Assembly (NCBI GenBank): GCA_051313645.2
Contig: JBNRSN020000001.1
Location: 216,318,001 to 216,382,000 of the forward strand
Direction: 5' to 3'
Source of the DNA: Centroscyllium fabricii
Lineage: Eukaryota
Length of the DNA stretch: 64,000 nucleotides
Position numbers and translations under genes: made by a program. This document shows, piece by piece, positions 25,178-38,596 of the stretch; positions within the stretch are counted from its first letter, which is position 1, and every line of letters begins with the position of its first letter. Below the pieces are notes generated by a model. The model was not told where the DNA came from, made no database searches, and worked only from the letters and a program-made list of their open reading frames with translations.

Positions 25178-26610
25178 ATTTTCAAGAAGGGGTGAATGTG
25201 GTAACCGTATATGTATAAATTACCACCGTAATATTGGTGCCAATATTACTAGTGTGCATAGCGGTTGGGTGCATGAGATGTTGCGACACTGTCGTGGGGC
25301 CAGGTCAGCCACACCTCTAACTCCTCCCCCAGGTGAGGCCCTTTATAGGTGAGGACTGACCGGACCCCGTCCATTCTGTACCTGTTGTTCGTTCGGAGTA
25401 TAGCTCCTATGTAAGTCAATAAAAGCCTGTAGTTAAGGTCACTACTCGTCTTTGGCTTTATTGAGTTAATTGACGATGCGTCACCTCCATCATAAGGTCA
25501 GAAGTGGGGATGTTTGCTGACGATAGCACAGTGTCCATTTTCTATTAATGAAAATTTCACTATCCCCTTAAACTTCAGATTGATTTTCCATTTGAGTGCT
25601 TGAAATAGCAACTCATTTTTATTTTTATGAATCTATCTTATCAGTTCCAATTTCAGAAACAAGTGATTACACAGTTTGGTGGTTTACATGGTGTTTTAAC
25701 ATCAGAGAAGCAATTGACATTATGTGTAGATAGGATTGGTCAGCTTCACCCACCCCTGCAGGAGTAATTTGCAATGAACTGGGTTCCGCAGAAGGAGATG
25801 TGGGTATCATATTCCTGAAGTACCATTCTAACTTTCAGGAACAACAGCAATAATCGGATCGAGTCAGAGAATGGCAAGATAAAATACCTGCGTCGCACCT
25901 CCTCATCCATGAAGGAGTGCATCGAGTTCCTATGCCACATATTTCCACATATTTGCAGAAGACCTCTTTCAAGCGGATTGCAGAGACACCTGCAGATCTA
26001 CAATCCTTCTATGCGGAGTTCACCAATTATACGGGATAATCATCGTAACCTGGATGCAGTGAGCGTCAAGCAGCAGGAAGCGGACAGTCACTGTGACTTC
26101 TGGTGACAGGGCGTACACTCCACAGACACATGACGGCTGAGCTACCTGCAGCTGCACCTTCTGCATTCAGCATTTGTTGTCCTATCGTAGTGCAGAGGCA
26201 TTTGGGTTTGTCTCTGGGGAGACTTGCCCCCCGACAGCCGTTGGCAATCATCTCGGCTGCATGTTGATGTAGACATTGCTTCTGGAATTGTGGTTACCGA
26301 AGCCCGGCCATGTGCCTTCAACAGCTGTGAGAAGTACCGTATAGCTGCAGACATCACACATCGACTACAGCACATCTTGACCAACAGCGGACAGAGACTT
26401 TCCAGTGCTAACTCGACTGGCTAGAATGACAGGTTTACAACTGGCAGCAAGGACTGGGAGAGGAGATGGAATGGACCAACCCATCTGCAGCTGCTCCTTC
26501 TGGATCCAGCATCATGAACAATGGTGCAATTGTGCCTCGATCAATACCTGGTGCCTCCCAACATGGAAAAAGTACCCGAGGCCCTTTCATTCGCAGTTGA
26601 AACAAATGTT

Positions 26611-28750
26611 GGGGGTGAAATTCGGTACCTTAGCACCTCCTATTCGCGCCTCCAGGGGCGTTACCGGCTTAGTGACCGGGTGTGGCGATAGTACCGACGC
26701 CCGTGAAATTGAAGTGGATGTTTGCAGTGGCGGTAACCACTAGCGCCACACTCTCTTGTGGCCAGAGATGGTGACGTCATCTGGCTGCGCAGTGCACCGG
26801 CTCAGAAATTTACTCTCGCCCGAGTGCCTGCCATTAGCAACGACAGGTAGAAGAGGCGGTATATAAGAACATAAGAACATAAGAAATAGGAGCAGGAGTA
26901 GGCCAATCGGCTCCTCGAGCCTGCTCCGCCATTCAACAAGATCATGGCTGATCTGAACCCAACCTCAATTTTATTTTAACTCTCCACCCCACCCAAACAC
27001 ATGTGATCACCCGGGAGAGGCGAAAAACCAGATAAAAAACCCAGTAGCCAATTTGGGAGAAAAAATCTGGGAAATTCCTCTCCGACCCATCTAGGCGATC
27101 GAAAACTGGTCCAGGAGATCACATGGCCGATCTGAACCTATCCTCACGTCCACTTGCCTGCCCGCTCACTATAACCCCTAATTCCCTTTACTTCCAGGAA
27201 ACTGTCTATCTCTGTTTTAAAATTATTCAAAGTAGTAGCTTCCACAGCTCTCTGGGGCAGCAAATTCCATAGCCCCACCACCCTCTGGCTGAAGAAATTC
27301 CTCCGCATCTCTGTCCTAAATGAGTCACCCCTTATCCTTAGACTATGACCCCTGGTTCTGGACTCTCCTACCATCGGGAACATTCTTCCTGCATCAAGTC
27401 TGTCCAGACCAGTTAGAATTTTATACGTTTCGATGAGATCCCCTCTCAATCTTCTAAACTCCAGAGAGTACAAACCCAGTCTACCCAGTCTCTCCCCATA
27501 CGTTAATCCTGCCATCCCAGGTATCAGCCTGGTGAATCTCCTCTGCACTCTCTCCATTGCTAGAACGTCCTTCCTTAGATAAGGACACCAAAACTGCACA
27601 CAGTACTCAAGGCTTGGTCTCACCAAGGCCCTGTACAACTGCAGCAAGACCTCCCTATTCCTGTACTCAAAACCTCTCGCTATGAAGGCCAACATACCAT
27701 TTGCCTTCTTAACCGCCTGCTGCACCTGCATGCTCATCCTTAGCGACCGGTGCACCAGGACACCCAGGTCTCGTTGTACTTCCCTTTCTCCTAATCTATT
27801 GCCATTCAGATAATAGTCGGCATTTCTATTTTTTCCCCCAAAGTGGATAACCTCGCATTTATCCACATTATACTGCATCTGCCATGTATCAGCCCACTCG
27901 CCCAACCTGTCCAAATCATCCTGGAGCATCCTGCTATCCTTCTCGCAGCACACACGCCCTCCCAGCTTTGTGTCATCTGCAAACTTGGAGACATTACATT
28001 TAGTTCCCTTTTCTAAATCATTAATGTATATTGTGAATAGCTGGGGTCCCAGGACTGAGCCCTGTGGTACCCCACTAGTCACTGCCCGCCACCCAGAAAA
28101 AGACCCATTTACTCCCACTCTCTGCTTTCTGTCTCCCAACCAATTCTCAATCCAAGTCAATACCTTGCCCCCAATCCCATGTGCCTTAACTTTAAATGCT
28201 AGTCTCTTGAACGGGACCTTGTCGAACGCCTTCTGAAAGTCCAAGTATATCACATCTACTGGTTCTCCCTGATCAATTTTCCCAGTTAAATCCTCAAAAA
28301 ATTCCAGCAGATTAGTCAAGCATGATTTACCTTTTGTAAATGTATGCAGTCGGATGAGCACTATATAAAGGCGTCAACATCCGGTTTAGTTTTAGTCAGC
28401 AAAGAATGCTGCCTTGTCAATTTGACAAAGGCAAAAAGGCGTTTTGAGTGATTTCTGCATTTTTCACTTGAAGGAGTCTTCTGCCTCAGTAAAATGATTT
28501 ACTTTCATTCAGGTGAGATTTTAAAGTGCAACATTTCCATGCTTTAATGGGGGCTGCACTGGCACTGTCAACGTCAGAGGCAGCGGAAGCAGAAAGATTG
28601 CAAATAACGTAGGTCATTAGCGCTTGATTTAGTGCTTCAGTTCTTTCCAGGATCGCTAACAACCAATTATGGGGAAGCTCAGAAACATTAGCACCTGGCG
28701 CTAATCTTTGACGATTTCAAAAATTAGTGCCCCGTTTGAATTTCTCCCCC
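26611..28750. mobile_element. Harbinger-type non-autonomous TIR element hosting the CR1
   Basis: Imperfect TIRs GGGGGTGAAATTC / GAATTTCTCCCCC; GCGC-rich subterminal motifs. Confidence 0.55.
26866..28343 (-). mobile_element. 5'-truncated CR1 LINE (RT C-half open, 3'UTR, (TTCTTATG)n tail)
   Basis: 405-aa ORF 27144-28361 with DFQKAFD/PQGS/FADD; tail repeat 26864-26884. Confidence 0.92.
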
Positions 28751-28849
28751 CTTAAATTTAAAATGCTCAAACTGACCCTCGCCAGGAGGGCAGGATTGTG
28801 TGTGTGGGGGAGGGGGGGCGCGGCGTAGCTCGCTTTACAGATTAAGTGT

Positions 28850-29510
28850 ATAATAGGCAGGTGGAGGTGGTTAAAAAGGCATATGGGATAGTTGCCTCGG
28901 CTAATGAAGGCAAGAGCAGGGAGGTTATGATGGAGCTGTACAAAACGCTGGTAAGGCCACAGCTGGAGTACTGTGTACAGTTCTGGTCGCCGCACTATAG
29001 GAAGGATGTGATTGCTTTGGAGAGGGTGCAGAGGAGATTCACCAGGATGTGACCTGGGCTGGAGCGCTTCAGCTATGAAAAAAGATTGGACAGGCTGGGG
29101 TTGTTTTCCTTGGAGCAGAGAAGGCTGAGGGGGGACCTGATTGAGGTGTACAAAATGATGAGGGGCATAGATAGGGTAGATAGAAAGGAACTTTTCCCCT
29201 TAGTAGAGGGGTTAATAACAAGGGGGCATAGTTTCAAGGTAAGTGGCGGGAGGTTTAGAGGGGATTTGAGGAAGAACTTTTTCACTCAGAGGGTGGTTGG
29301 AATCTGGAACTCACTGCCTGAAAGGGTGGTAGAGGCAGGAACCCTCATAACATTCAAGAAGCATTTAGATGAGCACTTGAAATGCCATAACATCCAAGGC
29401 TACAGACCAAATGCTGGAAAATGGGATTAGAATAGACAGGGCTTGATGGTCGGCGCGGACGCGATGGACTGAAGGGCCTCTTTCTGTGCTGTAAAACTCT
29501 AGGACTCTAG
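28850..29510 (+). mobile_element. CR1 3' fragment
   Basis: LYKTLVRPQLEYCVQFWSP...FFTQRVV plus CR1 3'UTR. Confidence 0.85.
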
Positions 29511-31424
29511 GACTCTGGTTGTTGCTGCCGTCCAATGCCCAGGCCTGGGTCCCATTTGGATGCTGCCCGCACCAAACCAGCACTCTGCCTGTTGGTGGCG
29601 GCTGAAAATCGGACGGTGCCAGCTGGCAGTTAGAGGGGACTCGCAACTGTAGGCAACGAGAGAGAGCTTTTAATGTGGGCCCCAGGAAGCACATTCTTGT
29701 TTAACAAGTTACCTTTGGACCTCTTGTGTGTTTATTTGGATCCACCTCCAGTGGCCCTTTTAAAGACCGCTGGTTAAGCCGCTCAAAGAAGAGCAACAAC
29801 AATAACTTGTATTTATATAGCACCTTTAGCGTAGTATAACCTGTATTTATATAGCACCGTTAGCGTAGTAAAACATCCCAAGGCGCTTCACAGGAGCGTT
29901 ATCAAACAAAATTTGACACCAAGCCACTAAGGAGATTTTAGGGAACACTTGGTCAAAGAGGCAGACTTTAAGGAGCATCTTAAAGGAGGAAGGTGAGGTA
30001 GAGAGGCAGAGAGGTTTAGGGAGAGAATTCCAGAGGTTAGGGCATTGGAGGGCAATGTCCACGCACATGCTTAGGAGCGTGGAACTGACAAAATGGTCCC
30101 ATTTTCCCTCCACATCTGCCACTATACGACCCAATTTTGGCCAGTACAGCAGAGGAAAATCAAGCTCATAATGTGACCTCTGTACTGTGACTGCCTACTC
30201 GCAGCAACATTTAACGGTTTAACTGCATACAAGGTTCAAAGCTAAGCTTCCCCACTCCACGAAAAGTGGGAAAAGTCAGGGGATTAGAAGTTAGGTTCAA
30301 TTTACATTGTACAGCGAGTCTAATTTATTTGCTTTCAACACACAAACTTAATTTTCAAGTCTCTGAAGCAATATAGGGTAAAGTTGGTGAGGCAAGGCAC
30401 TGCCAAAAGGGCTCACTAAATTTACCTTGATAATTAATCACCCCTTCTGTTCCCTCAAAGTATAGCCGAAACTCACATTTTTTTATGACTAACCTCTTTG
30501 CTTTTCTCTTTTTTTTTGGTGTTGGCTCTTAAATGAGCCCAGTATGTGCACACCAAGTGTTCTTGCCTTCAGGGGTAAGGCTGGCCTGGAGTCTCCAAGA
30601 ATTGAAGCTTAAACACCAAAGCACTGCTGCGAACAACACCTGGGAGAAAAATCATAGGGGCCGGAAGCATTCTGCGCACTTCCATTTTCTTCTAACATTT
30701 TTATTTCTTAGTTGTCAAAATATTGGAGATGGGAACAAGGCTGGCAGTACTTTAAAGTGAATAAGTCACCCGGTCCAGATGGGATGCATCCTAGGTTTCT
30801 GAGCGAAGGAAGGGTCGAAATTGCGGAGGTGCTTGTCACAATCTTCCAAACCTCCTGGGGTCTAGGGCCGTGGTGCAGGGGACAGGGGCTTGGTGAGTGT
30901 AAATTCTTATTTAGCCATTTTTTATATTGCAACATTAATATTTTGTGTTATTCCCTGGATTCCACTTTGCTTTAAATAAAAGAAATTGAGACTTTATACA
31001 GTTGATCTTCTGTGGTATTGCTTACAGAGAAAAATACTGATTTGGGTACATTAGAGCATTTGTTCTTTAGCTTTACATACAGGACATTCACTGACTCTCT
31101 TCATAATGCTGCTGTTAAATAGAATGATATAATTTTTTGCCAAAAATACGTTCAGGTCTTCCTCTGTGCACCTCTGCACCATGATCATTACCCAGTGACC
31201 CTGGGTTAGTGTGGGAGAATCAGCCCAGGTTCCTACTCTTGACCATTACCCAGTGACCCTGGGTTTGTGTAGGGGAATCAGATTAAGTTGCTCCTTTTGA
31301 TCTCTGCTTGGTGATTCTGTGTAATGAAGTGTTTGGTGATTCTGTGTAATGAAGTGCTATCAGTCCAGGATTAAGTGGTCAGTCATTCTTCGGTTGCTCC
31401 AGAGGTTTGGGGTTTGACTGGCTG

Positions 31425-31646
31425 GAGGATAGGACCCAAAGACATGCAGGTTAGGTGAATTGGAGATACTAAAAATTGCCCATGAGTATGTGTGTGAGAT
31501 AGTTCTTAGAGTTGGGGGTGTTGGGGGATATGGTGGGAGGATAGGAGGGGGGTGCTGAGTTTGGATGATCAGCCATTATCTCGTCAAAATGGCGGAGCAG
31601 GCTCGAAGGGCTAAATGGCCTACTCCTGCTCTTATCTTCTGTGTTT
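31425..31646 (+). mobile_element. V-domain SINE fragment with CR1-type tail
   Basis: CCCAAAGACATGCAGGTTAGGTGAATTGG..AAATTGCCC V-domain-like core; tail GCTCGAAGGGCTAAATGGCCTACTCCTGCTC. Confidence 0.6.
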
Positions 31647-32024
31647 CGCCAGATGAACAGAGCCACTGGCTGAGGTCTCGGGAGTGCTCAGCCCGCCACT
31701 CACTATTAGCCCGGGCTGAGGCTCTCTGTCTCTCCGCAGGCGGGTCTGTTCATCCGGCACAAGGTCGACAACCTCAGGCGGGTGGCGATCGCTCACTCCG
31801 CAACTGCCGCCGAGCTCTGCACACCTCCAACCACCAGCGGCCGTGTGCAAGAGAGGCCACAGCAGCCTCGAGATGGGTTCCCGCAGGCCAGGTGCACGGT
31901 TCCAACCCCAGCTCCAGGCAGCTCCATCAAAACAAGTTTCTGGGTGGCGGCCGACATCTGCGCATGCGCAAACGTTTTCTATCATCGCAAATACGAGATT
32001 GTTAAGAACCGGAAGTACGCGTCC

Positions 32025-35000
32025 GGTCTTGTTTTGCACACTTGGTACAAAACTAATAAATTGTAGGACAACGGAGTATTATAAACTAACTCTTCTAATA
32101 GCATATGGTCTGATGTTCTCCTTGCAGCTCCATGTGCAAGACTCTAAGTAAAAACTAAAATGGCGGAGGCAGGACCCAAAAGTTTCTAGAATGTTCCAGA
32201 AACACAGAAGATAGGAGCAGGAGTAGGCCATTCCGCCCTTCGAGCCTGCTCTGCCATTTTGATGAGATCATGGCTGATCATCCAAACCCAGCACCCCCCT
32301 CCTACCCTCTTCCCATATCCCCCGACACCCCCAACTGCCCAGCAATACTGCCCTTGCAGAATGCCTGCTGGCTAAGAACCAATCACAATTCAGTATGCAA
32401 ATATTACATTCCCTTTCTTTTAAAAGAAAAATGTTATGCATTATTTTTTAAACCTTTTTATTCCTACATAATGTTTTCAGTAGCATAAACATGTATGTAT
32501 ACTCAGTATTTAACTAACACCGAAAACATCTCAACATTTCTATGTACAGTTTTAGGGCAGCGATTCACATACACCCTTTGGCAGCACACAAGTCCAGGAT
32601 AACTCGGGGCTTGACCTCTTGTCCCGATCTTGTGCGGTATGATCTGGAATCAGTCAACAGTTCAGGTTCAGGTGTTGATTTGTTTGATGTTTTGTTCATC
32701 ACACTCTGTTGAACTGGTCATCTCATTGGAGTGACGGTGTTGTTCCTTAGTGTTCAGGAGGTGCCTGCGATTGCGACGATACACCTGTCCTTCTGGGGTG
32801 CGGATGTGATACGATCGCTCAGTGTCAGCTGGCTGGATAACGATTACTGGCTTCCAGTAGTCATGCTCCTTGATTCTGACGGATTCACCATTGTGCAGTG
32901 GCAGCAGTAGTCTAGCTGACCTGTCGTGGTATTGCTTTTGGCATTGCTGCCTCTGTACACGTTTTGCATGCACTTGCTTACAGCTGACTGCCTCTGGCTG
33001 TAGCTGTTGGTTGGTGCTTGGCAGTATTGAGTGAAGTCTGCGGCTCATTAATAGCTGTGCTGGTGACTTGAAGTTGTCAACCGGCGTGTTGCGGTACTCA
33101 AGGAGACTGTTGTATGGGTCTCTTTTGTCCGCCTTGGCTTTGTCCATGAGTGTCTTTGCAATCTGGACAGTTTTCTCAGCAAGACCATTACTCTGAAGGT
33201 AATGTGGGCTTGATGTGACATGTGTGAAATCCCATGCCTTGGCAAATAACTCGAACTCTTTCGATGTGTATTGGGGCTCATTATCTGATATTAAAGTCTC
33301 TACTATGCCATGCCTGGCAAAGGCTGCCTTTAGCTTGTGGATCACAGCTGCGGATGTGGTGCTGTGAAGCTAGTCTAGTTTGAAGAATCTACTGTAGTAA
33401 TCAACAGTCACTATGCAGACCTTGTTGTTCCATGTGAACATTTCCGTTGCCACGACCTGCCATGGCCTGTCTGGGATACGGTGAGGTATCATGGGCTCTT
33501 TGACTTTTGATGGGCAGCGTTCTAGACAAAATGGAACATTTTCTGACAATGTCCTCAATGTGTTTTCATATTCCTGGCCAAAACATAATGTCACATGCTC
33601 TTTGTTTACATTTTTCCATGCCCATATGTCCCGCATGAATTTTGGTTAACATCTCTTCTGAGTCTGGTAGGGATGATGATTTTCTCCCCTTTGAAGACGA
33701 TTTTGTTGATTTGTGACAGTTCGTCTGAGGTTCCAGAATTCAGATATGCTCGGAGGGCATTTTCTCCTTTCCTCGGGCATTTTCTCCTTTCCTCAGGCCA
33801 TCCTTCATGTATGACTTTGCTCAGCAGTGTGAGTTGTGCATCTTTCTCTGTTTCTGCTTGGATCTCCTTCAGTTTTGAGTCACTCACAGGTAAGCTGTTG
33901 TATACCATGTGCATCTGCACATCCATGCCTTCACTGAGGCTGCTGTCCTGGTAGCTAAGAGACTTTCTGGAGAGCATGTCTGCAACGGGAATGTCTTTGC
34001 CTGGACGGTGGATGATTGTGAAGTCGTACCTCTGTAGCTGAAGGATCATTCTCTGTAGCCTTGGTGGGGCTGTGGCTAGCGGTTTCTTCGTAATTAACTT
34101 GAGGAGCCTGTGGTCGGATTCCACAATGACTTGTTGGCCATAGACGTACTGGTGGAAACGCTTACATCCAAACAGAATTGCATATAGCTCTCTCTCGATT
34201 TGACCATAGTTGATTTCACTGTCGGAGAGAGATCTGCAAAAAGTCACACAACACCAGGTTTATAGTCCAACGTTTTATTTTAAATCACAAGCTTTCGGAG
34301 CGTCGCTCCTTCGTCAAGGTGAACAGAGAGAGACTGAACTTAAACATCACACATCAGGGGAGGGGAGAAATCCGATCTCTTACACATCTCATTCTGTGGA
34401 TATCGGAGGAGGGGAGAAATCCGATCTTATACACATCACACCCTAGAGACAGAGAAATCCGATCTCTGCCTAGAGACAGAGAGAGCGCACACAAAGGCAC
34501 ATCTGGAAGCTTAGCCGATGGGCTTTCTTTCCTGCAGTAATACTGTGCCTAGTCCATACTTTGACGCGTCCACTTGTACTCTGAGCTCTTTGTTGGGCTT
34601 GAAGTAGGCAAGAACTGGTCCTGGCTCTCTGGTGATTAAGTCTTTCATTTTCTGAAATGCTGTGTCATGTTGTTTGTCCCACAGGAACTCATTTGATTGT
34701 TTGAGCAACTGATGCATTGGTACATTGATTTCAGAAAGGCTCGGGGCAAACTTGGCTAAGTAGTTAACCATGCCTAGTACTGTCTCTAGCTCTGCATGGT
34801 TCCTCGGCGGCTCCATCTTCTTGATGGCGGAGATTTTTTCTGGATCCGGTTTAATGCCATCAGTTGTGAGGCGTTGCCCAAAATAACTGATCTCAGTGGA
34901 TCCGATTATGCTTTTCTCGGGGTTGAGCCGGACACCTTTCTCCCGTGATCTTTGTAGCATCGCACGGAGGTTCCTGTCATGTTCCTCTCTATTCCTGCCA

Positions 35001-37006
35001 TAAATGAGGATGTCATCTACGATTGCGATTACTCCGTCGAGGCCTTCATATATTTTGTCGATTTTCCGCTGGAATTCATCCTGAGCTGAGATAAGACCAA
35101 ATGGTAAACGCAAAAATCGGTAGCGTCCAAATGGTATGTTGAACGTCGTTGGCTTAGATGACTCTTTCGTGAGTTTTATAGTCCAATATCGTGATCATGC
35201 ATCCATTACACTGAAGTAACATGCTCCCACTAGCTTGGGTGTGATGTCATCTAGCGTTGGTAGAGGGTAGTGATGGCGTTTGATAGCCTTGTTCAAATCT
35301 CTGGGGTCAAGACAGACTCTGAGCTTGCCTGTACGTGGTTTCTCAACCACTACTAATGCATTGACCCACTCTGTCGGTTCTGTTTCCCGGACGATGATTC
35401 CTGTACTTTCCATGCTCTGCAGCTCCTCCTTCAGGCGGCTATGTAGAGCAAGGGGTATCCTTCTCGGTGGGCAAACCACAGGGGTTGTTTCTGGGTCAAG
35501 GTGAATAGTTAATTCACCTGGGAATAGTCCGATTCCTTCGAAAACGTCAGCAATCTCCTCCATGACTGTCTGCTTCTCAATTGGTGCTGTCAATGATAGC
35601 ACTAGGTTGATGAGGTCCATGTCTAAACATGCTTTTAGACCTAGCACTGGAGGTGCTGGAGTGTCAACAATGTAAAAGTCCAACATCATGTTGCTTTCTT
35701 TGTACTTGCATTTCATCGCACATGTGCCTTTTACACCGAGTTGCTCACCCCCATAACTGGTCAGTCTGTGTGAGGTAGGCTGTAGCTCACACTCATCCTT
35801 CAAGCTGCGATACTCAGAGTAATTACGTTAACTTGCGCTCCAGTGTCAAGCTTAAATCTAAGCTCTGTGCCATGTCTTCCTATCTGAATGTCTGCGAAAG
35901 CCTGTGCCATTTTTGAAATCTGTTTTTTCTGTGACACAAAATCGAAAAACAGTTCCGTTTTATTTGGCTCTCTATCTGGCATTTGGCTGTCACTCAGTGT
36001 GTATGGTTTTTCCACAAACAGTCCTATGCACTTTAGCAAAGTGGTTCCGTTTGCCACACTTAGTACATTGTCTTCCTCTGGCAGGGCAAATCTCATTTTC
36101 GCAATGCGACTTGTTTCTACAATGTCCACAGTTTCTGAATCATTTTATATCTGTGTCGCCCATTTTTAGAACTCTCTGTTCTATTTTCTGCGTGCACTGT
36201 CTCTTCGGTTATGGTTTTCAACTGTGCTCGGGCTATCTTATGTGATCTAGCTACATCTATAGCTTTGTCCAAGTCAGCCCGGATCCGACATTTAAAAGTT
36301 TCTCTCTCACTTTCTCGGAATGTATTCCAAACACGATACCATCTCTAATCATCTCATCTGTATTTGCATAATCACAGTCTATAACCAACAGTTTTAAATC
36401 AGTCACGAACTGTTCAAATGACTCGCTAGCTTCTTGTACTTTCTTTTGAAACTTGTATCTAGCGAATATCATATTTTTCTTGGGCATTACATACATTTCA
36501 AAACGATCAAATAAACCTTTCAGTACTTTTGCTTCATCCGTGGTGAGAGTCCATGAGCTAAAAATTTCTCTCCCGGTTTCTCCGACCCATATGAGTAAAT
36601 AACTGCATTTTTCTTCCTCTCCTTTGTCTCTTACAGGACCAGAAAACAATAGTTCCACATGCCGCTTGAACCTTTTCCATGCTTGAGGTAAGTTCAACGA
36701 ATCCCAATTAATTCTCGGTATGGAAACTTCTACAAAGTCCATTTTTGATCCCTGTTCTGACACCATGTCTTGTTTTGCACACTTTGTACAAAACTAATAA
36801 ATTGTAGGACAATGGAGTATTATAAACTAATTCTTTTAATAGCATATGGTCTGATGTTTTCCTTGCAGTTCCATGTGCAAGACTCTAAGTAAAAACTAAA
36901 ATGGCGGAGGCAGGACCAAAAGGTTTCTGGAATGTTCCAGCAGTACTGCCCTTGCAGAATACCTACTGGCTAAGAACCAATCACAATTCAGTATACAAAT
37001 ATTACA
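32025..37006 (-). mobile_element. Decayed full-length Ty3/Gypsy element C
   Basis: 5' LTR 36766-37006; 3' LTR 32025-32408 (interrupted by about 143 bp of CR1/SINE tail); 5-bp TSD CGTCC; PBS TGGTGTCAGAA (tRNA-Leu-like) ending 36765; PPT 32409-32420; fragmented gag, LDTGA, RT IVDD, RNase H, IN. Confidence 0.92.
34237..34500 (-). mobile_element. Penelope pseudo-LTR fragment inserted in the RNase H of element C
   Basis: Same repeat family as 50084-50697; ATCTG duplicated at both flanks; host frame ASRS|LSD interrupted. Confidence 0.75.
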
Positions 37007-37373
37007 CGTCCTTTCTAATATCTCCTTATGTGGCTCGGTGTCAAATTTTGTCTGATAACGCTCCTGTGCAGCTCCTTGGGACGTTTTACTACGTTAAAGG
37101 TGCTATATAAATGCAAGTCATTGTTGTATGTTAGGTATACCTGTGTATTGCAAGAGTTCAGTTTGTTTTCATTTTGCAAATTCCCCATTTTCTAATCAAA
37201 GATGGCTTGCTTGATCCAAACCAAAAACAAGTGCATTAGATTGTTTAAAAAAATTAATTAAAAGACAGGTGCCACTTATTGCAATGACAATTCATACAGA
37301 TTTTATTACAGAAAGTGATTTACAATTGCACTTTAAAATGTAATTCAGTAGGACATCAATTGTAGAGACTGAC

Positions 37374-37565
37374 CTGTTGTTCCATGTACATAGGGTCACT
37401 GTAGTTCTGGTAGCATTGTGAACTATTTCCACTCTGAGTGTAGCTGCTGTTACTTTCCCTCTCCCATATCCTCTGATAAATATACTGCTGAATTAAGATA
37501 TAAACTGCTATATTACCCAAGGAGTAAAGAGCAAGAACAGGTTCAACAAGAAACAGCCGTTTCAT
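37374..37565 (-). CDS. SLC46A3: SLC46A3-like lysosomal MFS transporter, first coding exon (64 codons; exon starts at 37585 with a short 5'UTR)
   Basis: MKRLFLVEPVLALYSLGNIAVYILIQQYIYQRIW...C...: typical SLC46 N-terminus (VEPV, QQY.Y.R). Acceptor ttttacacacAG at 37586-37587; donor CAG|GTCAGT at 37373; phase 0. Confidence 0.9.
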
Positions 37566-38596
37566 TGTTCTCGGGAAACAGGGTCCTGTGTGTAAAACAA
37601 AAATCAAAGAAAACCATTGTTACTAAAATAATGTGGACTTAAAGGAAAACTAAACCTAAATTAAAACTAATCAAGTAGAACACAAACAAAATCAATATGG
37701 CTAGCTTCAGTTTTGTTTATAGTATATCCATAATAATTACTGCTGACATAAGACAATATGTAATTTGCCTACATTTTGTAACCAATGTGATAATCGTCCT
37801 CTTTCTTCCTGTGAAATAATGCCATGAAGACTTTCTTTCAAAGCTGCATTGAGAACATTTATCCAACACTAAAATAGTTGAATCCATCATATTTTTTATT
37901 ACTAATGGATTTCTTATGTTGCTAATGGTTAGGCAGAGGATATAGTATTTTAGAAGGAAATGGAAAGGGTATGATGTTGGTAAGAAAGAGGATATGGTTT
38001 ATGAGAGGGAATGTTGACTGTGTGATGATTTGGAAAATAGCATGGGATAGTTTACGGGTTGGGCAAGTGAAATGTATGGTGGAGTAGCAAGCATTTTTGG
38101 GTGATTAAAGAGAAGTTGGTGGAGGAAGGAAAGGAGGACGAAAGAAATGTGAGATACAGTACTTAGCAGGAAGGAGTACCGTGGTGTAGTAAGTAATAAG
38201 GTGGAAACCAGTAACTGTGGGTTGTGAGTATTTCAGGGGGATTGGGGTAATCAATCAAGGTAAACCACATAGGGATGGAAGATCTTGGTTTCCACACACT
38301 CAGCCACATATTAAGTGAATTTGCAGGATTCCATTCATTTAGTAACAATTAATTAATACAATGGATTCCATTGACTCACCAACACAAAATGTAATTGACT
38401 GGTTTGCTCAATTCCATTCACTCAGCCATACATTATAATTCTGTAGATTCCATTAACTGTTAATTTTGTAACTGCATCTATTTGGTGTCTTTTCTATTCA
38501 ACTAGCCTTTCTGCCTCACTTCTCTATAGCGGCCCTTAAGTCTGTACCTCAGTGAATGGAATGAAATTAAATTGGGATTGCTGACTACTATCACCT

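Larger units (their letters stand above)
20848..25483 (+). mobile_element. Full-length Ty3/Gypsy element B (defective, no tRNA PBS), inserted in a CR1 RT fragment
   Basis: 287-bp LTRs 20848-21134 and 25197-25483; 5-bp TSD CCTCC; PPT AAGAAGGGGTGAA. The host CR1 reads ...FINDLPS|IIRSEVGMFADD across the insertion. Confidence 0.95.

Noticed and set aside
25745-26600. Possible further Harbinger transposase remnant
   Set aside because: Too decayed to support by motifs without an alignment.
31183-31356. Short tandem duplications (ATTACCCAGTGACCCTGGGTT x2; TTGGTGATTCTGTGTAATGAAGTG x2)
   Set aside because: Ordinary slippage or decayed repeat; no further structure.
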